DNA from: Octopus sinensis
Taxonomy: Eukaryota
Assembly: GCF_006345805.1 (NCBI RefSeq)
Contig: NC_042998.1
Coordinates: 100,440,001-100,504,000 of the forward strand
Reading direction: 5' to 3'
DNA length: 64,000 nt
The notes under the pieces are model-generated. The model made no database searches and was not told the DNA's origin. It worked only from the letters and a program-made list of their open reading frames with translations. A program made the position numbers and the translations under genes. Positions 33,700-47,051 of the stretch are shown piece after piece (position 1 is the first letter of the stretch; every line of letters begins with the position of its first letter).

Positions 33700-34330
33700 A
33701 ATGCTACTGTGTTATTGTTTTAGTGACCCAGCAAGGATATACAAGATTTGGCAATGCCACCATGCTTATTCTGATTTACAGGCTGCCAGAATATGCTTTG
33801 ACGATGCTTAATTTCTACACTGATGACAATTAGCAGTGTCACTCTAGTCTTACTGTCTAATATTGGCCAGGGATGGAAGCACATTGTACACTTCTCTCAA
33901 TAAGTATCACATCAACACATTCTACAAAACCTTCTTCTGTTCGGTTCTTCCCAGTACTGCCCACATGCATTGGTTTCAACTTACTATCTCTCCTTTGTTA
34001 ATCCGACAGGAAATCCATTTGTTCCATGTCTGTCCCAGTTCTACCTCTGTCTTCTACACTTGATCTACAGGCACTTTCATTTTCTGGTTGATCGCTCAAC
34101 AGCTTTTTTCATGCTTCATTTCCTTCTTGTCAATACTATAAGTTGCGCTACATGAACAATGGAAACCACCAAATCTCATAGAATCATCTAGCAGCAGGTG
34201 CCATAGTGACGTTAAAGATGGATGGAATATCACAGTAGCAGACGGCTGATTAAGGCAGAGTACAAAGCAGCTGGCACAGGACTGTCAACAATGAAGAGCA
34301 CTGGTGAACCTCGTCAGTTCTACACATGAT
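33700..34330 (-). mobile_element. Decayed HERO-like non-LTR retrotransposon (zinc-knuckle region)
   Basis: Hand translation LLREVYNVLPSLANIRQ**SDTANCHQCRN*ASSKHILAAC resembles L.RSVYDVLP.P.NL..W...P.C.LC....HIL..C of RLE-type elements. Confidence 0.6.
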
Positions 34331-34619
34331 GATGCCACTGGGACCACTGACCCCATCAAGTATGAGCTGACTATATAGCCCAACTCATATAGGAACTTGG
34401 GGTGACAAACACAGACACAAAAACATATGTACGTGTATATATATTCACACACACACATATAAGTGTATGTGCATTTTTTCAATGTGTACAAATAACACAG
34501 AAAAAAAAGGTTAGTTACCAGGGTAGCAAAAATTCACATAAGTATCAAGAATGTAATAGCGTGCTTATAAAGGTAGAAATTCCAGGGTTTAGTGAAATGT
34601 TTTTGTATCACATAGATAA

Positions 34620-34886
34620 ATAAAGAAATGGAGTCAAATGCAGGTGTTATTCAATTCTTAAAATATTGGTATTATTCCAGAGGGAGTAAAATGAAGTAAA
34701 ACAATGCGATCTTCTCATCAGGGAAAAAAAAAGAGAAACAAAACACATAAATAAGCCATTTTTCCCTGATGAGAAGATCGCATTGTTTTACATCATTTTA
34801 TTCCCTCTGGAATAATACCAATGTTTTCATCAAAACATACGTCAGAAGTATAAAGATTTGAATAATACCTACGTTGAACTCCATTT

Positions 34887-34892
<6 letters not shown>
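34620..34892. mobile_element. Foldback/MITE-like element with outer and inner inverted repeats
   Basis: Outer ataaagaaatggagt / actccatttctttat; inner arms 34665-34728 and 34759-34822 match at 62/64; runs into (TA)n. Confidence 0.8.
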
Positions 34893-34930
<38 letters not shown>

Positions 34931-34949
34931 TTATATATGTGTGTGTGTT

Positions 34950-35310
34950 ATAGATCGTTGCCTGCATTGCCTTATTGGCACTTGTGCTGGTGGCATGTGA
35001 AAAAACAGTCGAGCAGGTTGTTGCCAGTACCGCTGGACTGGCTCCTGTACAGATGGCACATAAAAAGCACCATTTGAGCGTGACTGTTGCCAGTACCGCC
35101 TGACTGGCCCCCATGCCGGTGGCACATAAAAAGCGCCCACTACACTCTCGGAGTGGTTGGCATTAGGAAAGGCATTCAGCTGTAGAAACTCTGCCAGATC
35201 AGATTGGAGTCTGATGCAGCCATCTGGTTCACCAGACCTCAGTCAAATCGTCCAACCCATGCTAGCATGGAAAGTGGACGTTAAACGATGATGATGATGA
35301 TGACGATGAT
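34950..35310 (+). mobile_element. RTE 3' UTR/3' end
   Basis: Three ggtggca(c/t)(g/a)t.aaaa modules, then gagtggttggcattaggaaaggcat, ccatgctagcatgg and (TGA)n. Confidence 0.9.
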
Positions 35311-35574
35311 ATGATGGGCTTCTTTCAGTTTCTGTCTACCAAATTCACTCATAAGGCTTTGGTTGGCCCAAGGCTATAGTAGAAGACATTCTTTAAAGTA
35401 TAGAGTTGAATTGGCAATTTTTCTTCCCCATCCATTTTGTAGGGGGTATTATCCATTTTTCTGGGCTCGTTTCACAGCTATATCCTGTTCGAAATTTGCA
35501 TTAGTTTTAGGAAGGGAGTGAGGCTTTTTTGTAGTTTGTAAACAAAATGTTAAATGTGCCTGAAAATAAAAAAA

Positions 35575-35980
35575 CGACTGGCATCCGTGCTAGCAGGGTG
35601 CAAAGAGCTCCGTACGAGTGTGACCATTGACAGAGCGGCTATTCGAGTATGATCATTACCAGCGTCGCCTTACTGGCACTTATGCCTGTGCTAGTAGGGT
35701 GCCAAGAACACCATCTGAGCATGATTTTTGCTAGAGCAGCCAACTGGCTTCTGTACCCGTGGCACGTAAAAGGGCACCATTCGAGCGTGATCGTTACCAA
35801 CATCGATTCACTGGCACGTGTAGAAAGATTCGAGCGAGGTCACTGCCAGTACTGCCTGACTGGCCCCCATGCTGGTGGCATGTAAAAAGCACCTACTACA
35901 CTCTTGGAGTGGTTGGCGTTAGGAAGGGCATCAAGCTGTAGAAACTGCCAGATCAAGACTGGAGCCTGGTGCAGCCATCG
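35575..35980 (+). mobile_element. RTE 3' UTR-derived element, 3'-incomplete
   Basis: ggcacgtaaaagggcacc modules; gagtggttggcgttaggaagggcatc. Confidence 0.8.
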
Positions 35981-36892
35981 TATCCGACAGAGTGCCATTT
36001 TTTATAAAGAATGAGAGAAAAGGAAATGTTCCATATTGTAGGGCAAAAATGTCACGTGTTTAGTATAATCAGTGAAAGCTAAGATGAAATAATTGCTATT
36101 CCGTCATGTATTTGCCCACGACTCATGCTCAGTTTGATAACAACAGCCTGCACATCAATGTTTATTTGGGAGCTTGGCCTCCAGATCCGTGAGACCCACA
36201 AATGCTGCTGTTAGGACTGGATTAACACCCATAGGGACCCTAATAACTAAAAAGATTTTCCTGCCCCTATATAGGATTTTTTTTTTTTTTTGCTTTCTTC
36301 AAACCACTTGAAGGTATATCTTGCTCCAGTCCACTCAGCTGACCAAAATGAGTTGTAGCTGTAATTCAAAGGGACCAGTCTTGTCATATTCTGTGTGAGG
36401 CTGAATCTCCCTGAGAACTACGTTAATGATATGCATGTCTGTGGAGTACTCAGCCACTTGCAAGTTGTTTTTATCCTTGTGTGGTAATGAAAAGTGAAAG
36501 TGACATCCAATATTTGCTGTATCTATGCATCAACTTTTCTTTGGATCTATGTATCTACTATCTCTCTCACTTTCTCCCCCACTTTTAATTTAACAATGTG
36601 TGTATGTATCTATGAATCTACTTTTTTTGCAATGTGAAAAACATTTAAAAGCACAAAACGAATGCCATCGCCACTCTCTCTCTCTCTTCCTCTCTTTTAC
36701 TTCCTCTCTGAAACATTTAAAAACCCAAAACAAATGCCATCACCACCCACTGTCTCTTTCACTCTCTCTCTTTCTTATTTACTTTCTCTCTATTCTGCCA
36801 CTCACTTCTATGAAGTAAGTGTGACACGCATGACAGGTACATACAAAAAGAACAAATTGGCATATTAATATTACTGATATATATATAATCGT

Positions 36893-37261
36893 TTACTTGT
36901 TTCAGTCATTAGATTGTAGCCATGCTGGAGCACTGCTTTGAAGGATTTTAGTTGAACAAATCAACCCCAGTACTTATATTTTTTGAAGCCTGGTACTTAT
37001 TCTATCAGTCTTTTTTGCCAAACCACTAAGTTACAGGCACATAAGCACACCAACACTGGTTGTCAAGCAGTGAGGGGAACAACACTGACACAGACATACA
37101 CAAAGATATGTGTGTGTGTATGTATGATGGACTTCTTTCAGTTTCTGTCTACAGAGTTCACTCACAAGGCTTTGAGATAATAGTGGAAGACGCTTAAGCT
37201 GCCATGCAGTGGGACTGAACCCAGATGCATGTAATTGGGAAGCAAACTTCATATTGAACAG

Positions 37262-37264
<3 letters not shown>
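36893..37264 (-). mobile_element. tRNA-derived SINE
   Basis: ttgtttcagtcatt...gggactgaaccc (reverse B box). Confidence 0.85.
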
Positions 37265-37306
<42 letters not shown>

Positions 37307-38410
37307 TACATACATACATATATAAATATATAAAGAGAGGAGGGTAAGAAAAGTACATAAATGCTGTTGAGGAAAAAAATTCTATATCAAAAGTATTTCT
37401 AGTCTTGCTTTAAAAGCACCCAATATTTGACCTAACTGCATTTCACTCAACTTTGGCAAGGTAGGAATCACATGTAACCTCTCAGTCAAAATGCTCATAT
37501 ATCAATATATAGAGTAGTACGAAAAATTACAAGAACTATAATTTTATATAAGGAACTATGTCTAGCTCTATTCGAAAGCAACGTTGGTTTTTTTTTTAAG
37601 TACACCTGGAAAGAGAATGCAGGTTTAATGATTGAAGAATTGATATTTTGAGATGGAACAGGAAATACTGTAATAACTATACTAGTAAATACTTTTGATA
37701 TCAGCTCTAATCTATAACTGATATCCACAAAAAGTATTTAAGAAATTGATAGTATATTTAAGAGCTCGATAGAGGAATAATGCTAAATGTTAGGTTTAAC
37801 TCGATTAAAATTATTGATTCTACTTGTATAGTCTAGTTCACTGATGTTATCACAGATGTTCCACATTTGCTAGATCCAACTAGCCATTAATCAGTAATAA
37901 ATATTGAGCATTTTCATACAGTAGTTAATACTTTAAACAACATAGTTACATTTGAAAACATTTTAGTGCGCAAACAACAAACTATTATGTTTATTATTTC
38001 TTTCTCTCTTTTTACCAAAATAAGAAATTCATCTAATTTTGTACCTTATTAGAGGTGTGGGGGTAGATAAAAACGCATTTATGTCCAAGTTCTACTCAAA
38101 TCATCATTTAATTTATGTAGCACCAATAATAACCCATCATTTGGCAATGTCTAAAAATACACAGTTAAACCATTCTGAGTAGAAGCAAATAGGGTAGGCA
38201 ATAACAGTAAATAACTCCTTCTTAAAAAGGTTAGAATAATTATGGTTGTCAAAGTCTGTTGCAGGTTTAGATTTCACTGGCCTCATTACAATAACAGTTT
38301 TCCAGACAGAACTAGGTGCTCCACAATAACAAATCCAGAATTACAAACTGATGTATCCGATAACACTGAGAGATGGTTGTTGCCAGGAAGTGAAAATAAC
38401 AGTGAACTTA

Positions 38411-38444
<34 letters not shown>

Positions 38445-39654
38445 GCACGCATGCGGAAGAGAAAGATCAAGGAAGATATGGAAAGATGACACTAGACTGA
38501 AAGGAGTGTCAATATGCCAAACTGCAGACTCTTTAAATCATATAAGTATGGAAAAAATATTAAAATGTTGATTTGATATTCCTTCACCCAATAAGGCAAA
38601 CCGAGGTGGAGAGCAGAGTCAGTGTCTGCTTATGTCCCTTTACATTAAGAGTTCAAATCCTATCCAGGTCAACTTTGCCTTTCAGCCTTCTAAGACTGAT
38701 AAAATTTAGGTGGTAGTGAGAGGTATCAGTATAATCAACTCTGATGGTGAGAGTAGTCCCTACCCCCACCAGTAAAAAGCCTGAAATCAATAAAGAAATA
38801 AACCTTCGAAGTAAATTCAAGTTTTAAAATAATCTACAAAAAACTTGAGTTTCATTATGTCATCTTGATTGTATCTATTGTTGCTTTTCTTCAAATAATA
38901 TTGCTACAGAGAAAATGTATTCCCATGCATTACCCTTACTGTAATTTGAACCGGTTTGCTGTGAGAAAATAACTAAATCGAATGTTATTCAACATTGTGT
39001 GGAGTAATGTAAGCTATTAATTAGGCAATGTGTCTGAAAGTGATTTAATATACAAGGAAATTTTCTATAAAAAAGAAAAAAGAAACAAAAGGAAGCAAAA
39101 GCAAAGAATTCTTTAAATTTATTCGACAAGAAAAACAAATAAAAAATTATTTTTAAAAACAGCAATACATATTAATAACCTTCCATTCCTGTAGAACAAT
39201 TTTAAGAATCTCGAATATATTATGGTGCAAAATTCTGAAACAAACTTTACAGTGCAACATAAAAAAAAATAGAAAACTAAAAATTTCATCAGGTTCTTGA
39301 AGTATTTTAAAAATTTATAAAAAAATAAATTTACAAAAAAAATTTAAATACCATGTTTTTGATTAAAAAAGTATAAAGATTGAAAATACTAAACAAAATA
39401 TAAATAAACAAAAGCCAAAACATACAGGAACAGAGGGGTTTATATGCAAACACACACAATGCATATTTGCATTCAAAACTGATATTTGACTCCACTGCTA
39501 CCATGAGTTTCTTGCTTGTATTTCATTTATTCAAGAGACAGAAGAGTAAAAATAGAATGACTAAATTATACTTTACATATATTAGAGTACCTTCACTCCT
39601 GATGGTACAGTAACTACTTATAGCTAGCAAATTGTGAGAGTACCAGTCAAGTAA

Positions 39655-40037
39655 TCTCTCTCTATATAAACGGCAGTTTGTCTGTGTGTGTTTCTGTGTG
39701 TCTGTTTGGTTGTACCCTCATCCTGACCACGGCTTTCAACCGATTCTGATGAAACTTGACACACACATAGCCCAATGTGATAATTCAAAACTAACGCAGC
39801 GAAAATTTTGAAAAGTTCCCCCAGTTCTGAAAAAATCGATAAATTCGACATGGGGTCGAGAATCAGAAACACAAACCACAGACTGTCTAGGGGACGCAAC
39901 TCCACCTTTTTTAACTCTCAAAAAAATTTACCATAATTTTTTTCCCATTTTTTGGCTATTTTTTGGCTATAACTCTCTAAAAATGCTTTATAGTTATTTC
40001 CCTTACAAACCTGAGCAACGCCGGGCGATACTGCTAG
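39655..40037 (+). mobile_element. Non-autonomous Helitron, apparently complete
   Basis: A|TCTCTCTCTATATAAA 5' end; cctgagcaacgccggg hairpin 40010-40025; CTAG|T at 40034-40038. Confidence 0.85.
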
Positions 40038-40254
40038 TAGTTAATAAAAGTGCTGTCATCAACAAGAGTCACATCAAGGGGAAATGCTTCATGTGTTATT
40101 GCAGAGTCACATCTCTTATTATGATATGGCTCTACAGTAGCAAATGAAGAATGACCCATCTAGGATTTAGATACTCTAAACAAACCCATCAGTCTACTGT
40201 AAACATACCTCTTTACCTATTTCTTTATTACCCACAAGGGGCTAAACATAGAGG

Positions 40255-40441
40255 GGACAAACAAGGACAGACATAGGTATTAAGTCGATTACATCAACAC
40301 CCCAGTGTGTAACTGGTATTTAATTTCTCGACCCCGAAAGGATGAAAGGCAAAGTCGACCTTGGCGGAATTTGAACTCACAACGTAACGGCAGATGAAAT
40401 ACGGCTACACATTTCGCCCGGCGTGCTAACGATTCTGCCAG
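40255..40441 (-). mobile_element. Core-type SINE, young (CpG-rich) copy
   Basis: tcgaccccgaaaggatgaaaggcaaagtcgaccttggcggaatttgaactc. Confidence 0.85.
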
Positions 40442-40929
40442 AGGTATGTAAACATACCTCTTTACCACCACTCTCCAAGCAGCCTCGTCAACAGCATTAT
40501 GCAGAGCCAGGGCACTTCAGACATAGTGAAGGCAACTTGATTAAGATGTTAGATTCTCCAAATAAACCCAACCACATGGAAAAAGATCTCTGAACCATGA
40601 TGTACAAATGAAGTGTGAATCAATTTGGCTAGGAGAGTAGTAGGCTATAACTCTGAATAAAAAACTGATACAGTAGAGAGTGGACAGACTCTTTAGTGCT
40701 GACAGAATACTAAATGCACCCAGTGCTATAAAACTGTTGTGGTAGGAAAGCATCCAACCATAAGAAAAATCATGACAGTCACAAATTCAGTTAAAAATCC
40801 TAATTGCGTATACAAGATTAAAACCTTCATAGAGCTGTACATAGTAAGGAGATAGCTAGCTATTAGCAATCCTCAACTTTCATCAAATAATTTCTCCAAC
40901 CCTTTTTTTTTTTAAATACAATAAGCTTC

Positions 40930-42350
40930 TCACTCATGACCACCAGTGAAATCTCTTCTTTTCCAGCACAAAAATTGTGGACTACTACCATTAACATTGA
41001 CATGACAAGGAGTAGATCTGCAGAGATTGTTGATACTGGCATATTGTATACAAAGGTGACATGGAGTGGAGACATAACTAGACTTCTCTCAAGCAAGAAA
41101 CCAAGTTACAAATTCTTTGAGACCATTAACAGATTTGGAAAGCATAAGTACCTGAAGCAGAAAAATGTAATGGTAGAGTAACTGAAGTGGTTAGAATATT
41201 TGACACAATAAGTTTAGTCTAGTCATTGGTAAAATAACTGCAACAGTGATTTCTACATATGTGTCACGGACAGGTCTCAGAGATGAGCTAAAGATCTTTC
41301 TGTGAGGTTCTCTTGCAGGCTATCTCAATAACAGATGGCACTAACCTTATCATCAATGGGAATTTCAATGGACATACTGAGCAAAATCTTCTGATGTTTA
41401 CATAAAGGCTATGGTACAAAGTATGAAGAGGAATCAAAGCTCCAAGACTTCTGTGATGACACAGATCAAACCATTTGCAACACAAATTGTGTAAGTACCA
41501 GGAAGGGTTATAGCACAACTAATAAGGAAGAGAATTAGCTTAAACAAGATGCACTTCAGATTTGTACCAGGCTGAATATCATCAGCTCTCCACCACCCCA
41601 CTGCAAATGAAACGAGTATAGGTGCAATTATTAGCTAACAGCACACCATTGTATTTGTTGACCTGGAGAAGGCCTCTGATAGAATGTCATGCGCTGTAGC
41701 CAGGTAGTTACTTAAAAAGCTAGGTGTAGCTGAACAGCTTGTGAGATCTATGCAAGCCATATACAGAGAAGCTGTCAGCAAGTTGAGAGTAATGAGTTCT
41801 GCAAGGAATTTAGCATTGACAGCTAAAGTGACAGCTTCTGTTTCCTAAGTGGCCTAGTAGAAATGGGTGTTCTGAAACCATAGTATACAGGGTGGAAAAA
41901 TTCTCTGAAGTATTACCTCAGCTAGCAACAAAGGAATAATCTCTACAAGAGCATAAGATATAAAGCTTGTGTACAAAATGCATTTTGTATGATAGCAAAG
42001 CATGAACAATGGACATCAAATGCAAAGAATAAATCAAGTATACACTGAAGGGTATGTAATATTAGTGTGCATGAAACACAAAACAACACTAATTTAGCAG
42101 CAGCAAAAAGCTGGGTTTAAGAGCAATCAAATGTAATGTGCAGGAGAGAAGACCGCAGTGGTGCAACATTTGCTGTATATGGAAGATGTGCTAGTTGGGT
42201 CAAAAGTTACCAAGCGATCCTTGTGGAAGAAGTCAGTAGAAGCCAAGGAAAGAAGGGGTGAAGAAGGATCTTAAGAGGCTGAACCGCACACTAAGAGACT
42301 GCAACAAGTGAAAAGATGCCATACTAGAGAACACATGCCCAAACCATGCA
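40930..42350 (+). mobile_element. Old, internally deleted RTE LINE
   Basis: RLLSSKKPSYKFF (APE N-term), NGNFNGH, ICNTN, FVDLEKASDR, and C-terminal caggagagaagaccgcagtgg homologous to 12770-12795. Confidence 0.7.
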
Positions 42351-43470
42351 CGACAAACTGTTAATATATGAACACTACACACTTATATCTACACAGAACA
42401 AAACATTGTTACTTCACAAACTGCCCATAGCAACTATATATGTGTGTGTGTATATGCATAGTTATAGAAAGGTAAAGTACACATTGTGACCAAGTGGTTT
42501 CAGATTTGATCCCACTGCATGGCACCTTCAACAAGAGTCTTGTGAAATTTGGTAGATGTAAACTATATGGAATCCCATATAAACGTGTGTGCGTGCATGC
42601 GCGCATCCATATGTCTTCACATTGAATTTGCTTGGATAATGGTGACACTTGTTTATGTTCTGTCTAATCAAAATGACCCTCAGTTCAGCAGCATGCAAAG
42701 ATCAATGAAATAGGGTATCTAACTTGAAACCAAGTATAGGTTGGCATCTGGGAGAGCAACCCATGCCAGCATACAAAAAGTAACCATAATCAGAATAATG
42801 ATAACGGTATATATGATAAATACACACACCATCATCATTTTATGTCCACTCTCCTTGGTGGTATGTGTTGGTTGGGTTGCTATAGTTTGAGTTGAAACAT
42901 ACTCAGGGGTGCTGATCTTAGGCAAGTCAGTGACCCACATCCCACCCATGAGATTCATATTTGGTTTGGTTTCTATGACTTGATGCTATTTCTAATACAC
43001 TGGTCACTTTTTTCTGACACCATAACTAAGGAGGTGCTGTATCCTTGACAAGATTAAAGGGCCCTCTCAAACTTACATTTTACAGAATGTACTGGGTGCA
43101 TTTTCTTGTGGCATCAGCACTAAAGAAGTATCTAAGTCCATGGCACAACTAAAGGGACCTCTTAACCTTACAGCTGTTCACACAACCTCTTTACAGAGCA
43201 ACAGGCACAAAGGATAAGATAAAGATACAGTATATGCATCGAAATTTTCATATATTATGTTTTTGTCTATTTTTCAGTTTACTTTTGTGAATTTTCCGTT
43301 GTTACGTTTTTGTCAAATTTTTCTATTCAACCCTTAAAAGAAAAAAAAAATATATATATATGCAGATAGGAAAGCCTTCTTTTTTCTGTCGAGGGCTTTT
43401 TAGACTATTTTCCTTTGTCATTGCACGGTGATCACCATAAGCTTTAAGCTTATATAAAAATACTATTATT

Positions 43471-43501
<31 letters not shown>

Positions 43502-44639
43502 CACACACACATGTGCGCATGTACACAAACAAACATTATATAATGTGTATATGATAAATACACTCACACATGCATGATAAACTGTGTAAGACAGCAACAT
43601 ATTTTTGATGAGATCCCAGCTCATTTAATAAATATTCTCCTAACATTCATTGAGACAAACAATGAAACAAACATTGAAAGAATATATACATATATAAAGA
43701 AAACAAAAAGTGGCCAAGATTAGAATTGAAATAAGTATATAAAAAAAAAGAAGCAATACAAGGTGCAGCTTTAGGCATTCAAGTAAGTTGACAATCCTTT
43801 AGCTAGGGCTTTTACACAATCCTGCCATGTTGAGAATGTGTGTCTTTCATAAAATATTGACATCACTGTAAGAATTTCAAATTTAGTGTGTATAACCTAC
43901 TTTAGCATGTAGAAATGACTCAGATCTTAATCGCATTGACTTAAGGTTGATAAATAGAAACAAATATGTTTTGAGTATTGAGAGAGAGAGAGAGGGGGGA
44001 GGTAGGAGATAAATATAAAAGATTAAGCATTTAATAGGAAAATCTGTGTGAAAGAGTGTGAATGAGAGTGTGTGTGTGTGCGCGTACACACACATGTACA
44101 TATCAAACACATGTATATATACATATTCCAACATGTTTTACAAAGATTTTAATGCATTAAATGATTGAGAAGAGTGCATCATAATCACAAGGACTAGGTC
44201 TCAGTCCCACTGTGTGATATCTTTAACCATAGCTTCGGTAGCCAAATTGTGCTTATAATCTAAAAGTCCAGCTTTGTCACACTGTGCTCCTTAATGATTT
44301 CAACTATTAAGTTATGGTTACACTGATTGGGAATATAAGTTATGGAATACTCTGTTCATGGAATACTCTGCCACTTACATAGTAAATAGCTTAGTTAATT
44401 GAACAAATTATTCATGAAATAAAAGAAAATCCACTATATTTATTCATATATATATCCACATGAAAGAGGCACTATATAAAACAAAACAAAAATATATCGA
44501 TAGTAATTAAGAGTTTAATTATTATTTACATCCATGGTAATTGAGAGCTCAATAATTATTAATTGACTGACTGACATGCATATGTATGTATATCTAGTCT
44601 GTAGAGGAAATCCACTCTATAGATGTAAAAACCGATAGA

Positions 44640-45730
44640 AATAGTCATTTTGACAGGTTCTTCCTAAGAAGAAACGTGATATTGGCAGGCTTTACCTAAG
44701 AAGAAACGTAGGAGATAGTGGCTTGAGATCAGAGCAATCAGCCTTCAATTGTCATATAGTCTCCCTCAGACAGCACTTGCTAGCAGCAAAAATTAATACA
44801 TTAACTTGGTACTGAAAAGTAAAGAGAACAATATCCTACATGTTGGTAGCAAGCTCCTCAGGAAGCGCTCTCTTGATGAACTTCAATATAATCTCAAACA
44901 GCAGGACTAACATACCTCAAAGATATGAAAAGCTCAGCATACCAAAAAAAAAAAAGACTATGAATAGTATGTTTCTCAAGGACTTAAAGGAGACAGTAAT
45001 ATCAACATGAAATGAAGCTTCTTTTGGACTTGAAACTGCTACATCATATCACACTTTGAAGACTATGCATTTGCAATCCAAGGACAGGAGATTGCTACAA
45101 AATACCTAATAAACAAAGAGACAGTGAAGACCTTGGAGCTCCAAGATACAACCAAAAATGTAGATTATGTCATATTTATGTGAAGAAGACACATGATAAG
45201 CCCAAAAATATTATCAAAGTATTAACTCTCTATGTGACACAACATTGTCACAAAAACAATATACAATGCCATTCAGGAAAAAGAGTGACCTGGAATAAAT
45301 ATAGAGAATTTCAGTTATTGAATACTTACACTTACATAAAGAATACTGGTGGAACATTCCCATCAAAACATCTGTCAAGTGTAAACATAATAGGCCAGAT
45401 ATTGTTGTTTGGGATGGAGAAGAAAAAATATCTATCTGTCATAGATGTTACCTGTCCTGCTGGTATGAATATCTCTTTGAAAATCAAAGAGAAATAGGAT
45501 ATCTACAGACAGCTATTTCAAAACTTCCAGCTTCTATATTCAGATTATAAATTCATATTTATACAAATAATAATTGGTGCACTTGGTTTTATGAGTAAAA
45601 ACTTAACAGACAGTCTGGATAAGTTAGGATTTTCAGAAGAAGATAGCAACCAACTAACTAGCACATTACCATTACAATCTGTTAGTAGAACAGTAATAAC
45701 ATACAAGACTCTTTTTAAGTTTAAAATGCG
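44640..45730 (+). mobile_element. Decayed R4/Dong-clade non-LTR retrotransposon, C-terminal RLE region
   Basis: GRLYLRRNVGDSGL (cf. RLYLPR..GGRGL); WNIPIKTSVKCKHNRPDIVVWD, VIDVTCP, IIIGALG. Confidence 0.75.
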
Positions 45731-46384
45731 ACATTGTTTTTGTTATCTACATTCCAATAATGGATCTTTGCAACTTTGCTAGAAATCAGCTCTTTCCTTG
45801 GAAGAAAAATTACATAATTAAAAACAGAAGAAAGTACACAAATGAATGAACAAGCATGCATGTAGACAGACAGACATGCACCCACACATACAAACTGTAT
45901 GTATGCTTTGTTCCGTTCTGCGTTTTACATATTTTTCTTTTGACTGTGCCAGCAGAGGTTGGAAGGTTATCATGCCCTTCCTGTCACCAATACTTATGTA
46001 TTTATTCATGCAAGGTAATTTCATTCCACTTGTCTGCACATGAAACTTGTGAAACCACTGAGTTACTAAATATATCATTTACAAGAGACATAGACAAATG
46101 CACCACTGCTCAAACAGTGTCATGAAGAGAAATGCAGGAAACATTCAACAGGCTCCTGTACAATTTCTGTCTAAATTACAGAGTAACCTGAGGCCATAGT
46201 TGAAGACACTTGCCCAAGGTGCTATGCAGCAGAAGCAACTGATAGTATAACTTTCAGACATTAATTCTTAATTTCTTGAAATTATTTAATCACTGATGGA
46301 TTTTTCTCCCCTCCTTCACTAACTTAAAGGAAAATTTCAATAATTTTTTGCATGCAACATTTAGTACACCACTTCTTTAATTCA

Positions 46385-46560
46385 TCATTATCATCCTTTA
46401 ACACCTGCTTTCCATGCTAGCATGGGTTGGACAGTTTGACAGGAGCTGGTAAGTCAGAAGTCAAGCTCCGTCTACTTTGGCATAGTTTCTATGGTTGGAT
46501 GCCCTTCCTAATGCCAACCATTTTACAGAGTGTAGCAAGTGCTTTTTACATGGCACTAGC
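46385..46560 (-). mobile_element. RTE 3' end
   Basis: ctttccatgctagcatgggttggac...ggatgcccttcctaatgccaacc. Confidence 0.85.
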
Positions 46561-47051
46561 AAAGTCATCAAGTAACTTGCAAGACTAGATTCTTCAAATG
46601 AGTGGAGATGAGAATTGAGAGAGGTGGCTTTGACTCAGGTGACAAGAGGTTAGAATATTATAGAGGGACAGAAACAGGTGTCTTGGAGTAGAGGAAATAC
46701 ATGGCTACTCTTGTTGGAAAAGCAGAGAAAGAGAGAGAAGAATGGTGAAGAAAATATGTCAGGGAATACCCTCAAGTTTCAGAGAAGGGAGGCATGTCCA
46801 TATGAGCAATTTCCTTTAGCCTTATTTTTTTTCATGCAAATTACACTGATCAAAAATTATTCCTGACTTTTTATAGTCAACTGATCAAGAAGGCTTCATT
46901 TGACTATACTATGGTGATGGGAGCTAAAAAAAAAAGAGCAAAATATATCCATAAATGCTTCTTGCTTCCTTTGTCCTAAGTATGTAAATTAACCTTTGCA
47001 ATATCAACCTTCTTGAAACTATCTCTCATTCTATGATACAAGCTTTCTGTT

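Noticed and set aside
34764-34775. CTGATGA in the foldback as a hammerhead core
   Set aside because: No downstream stem II plus GAAA
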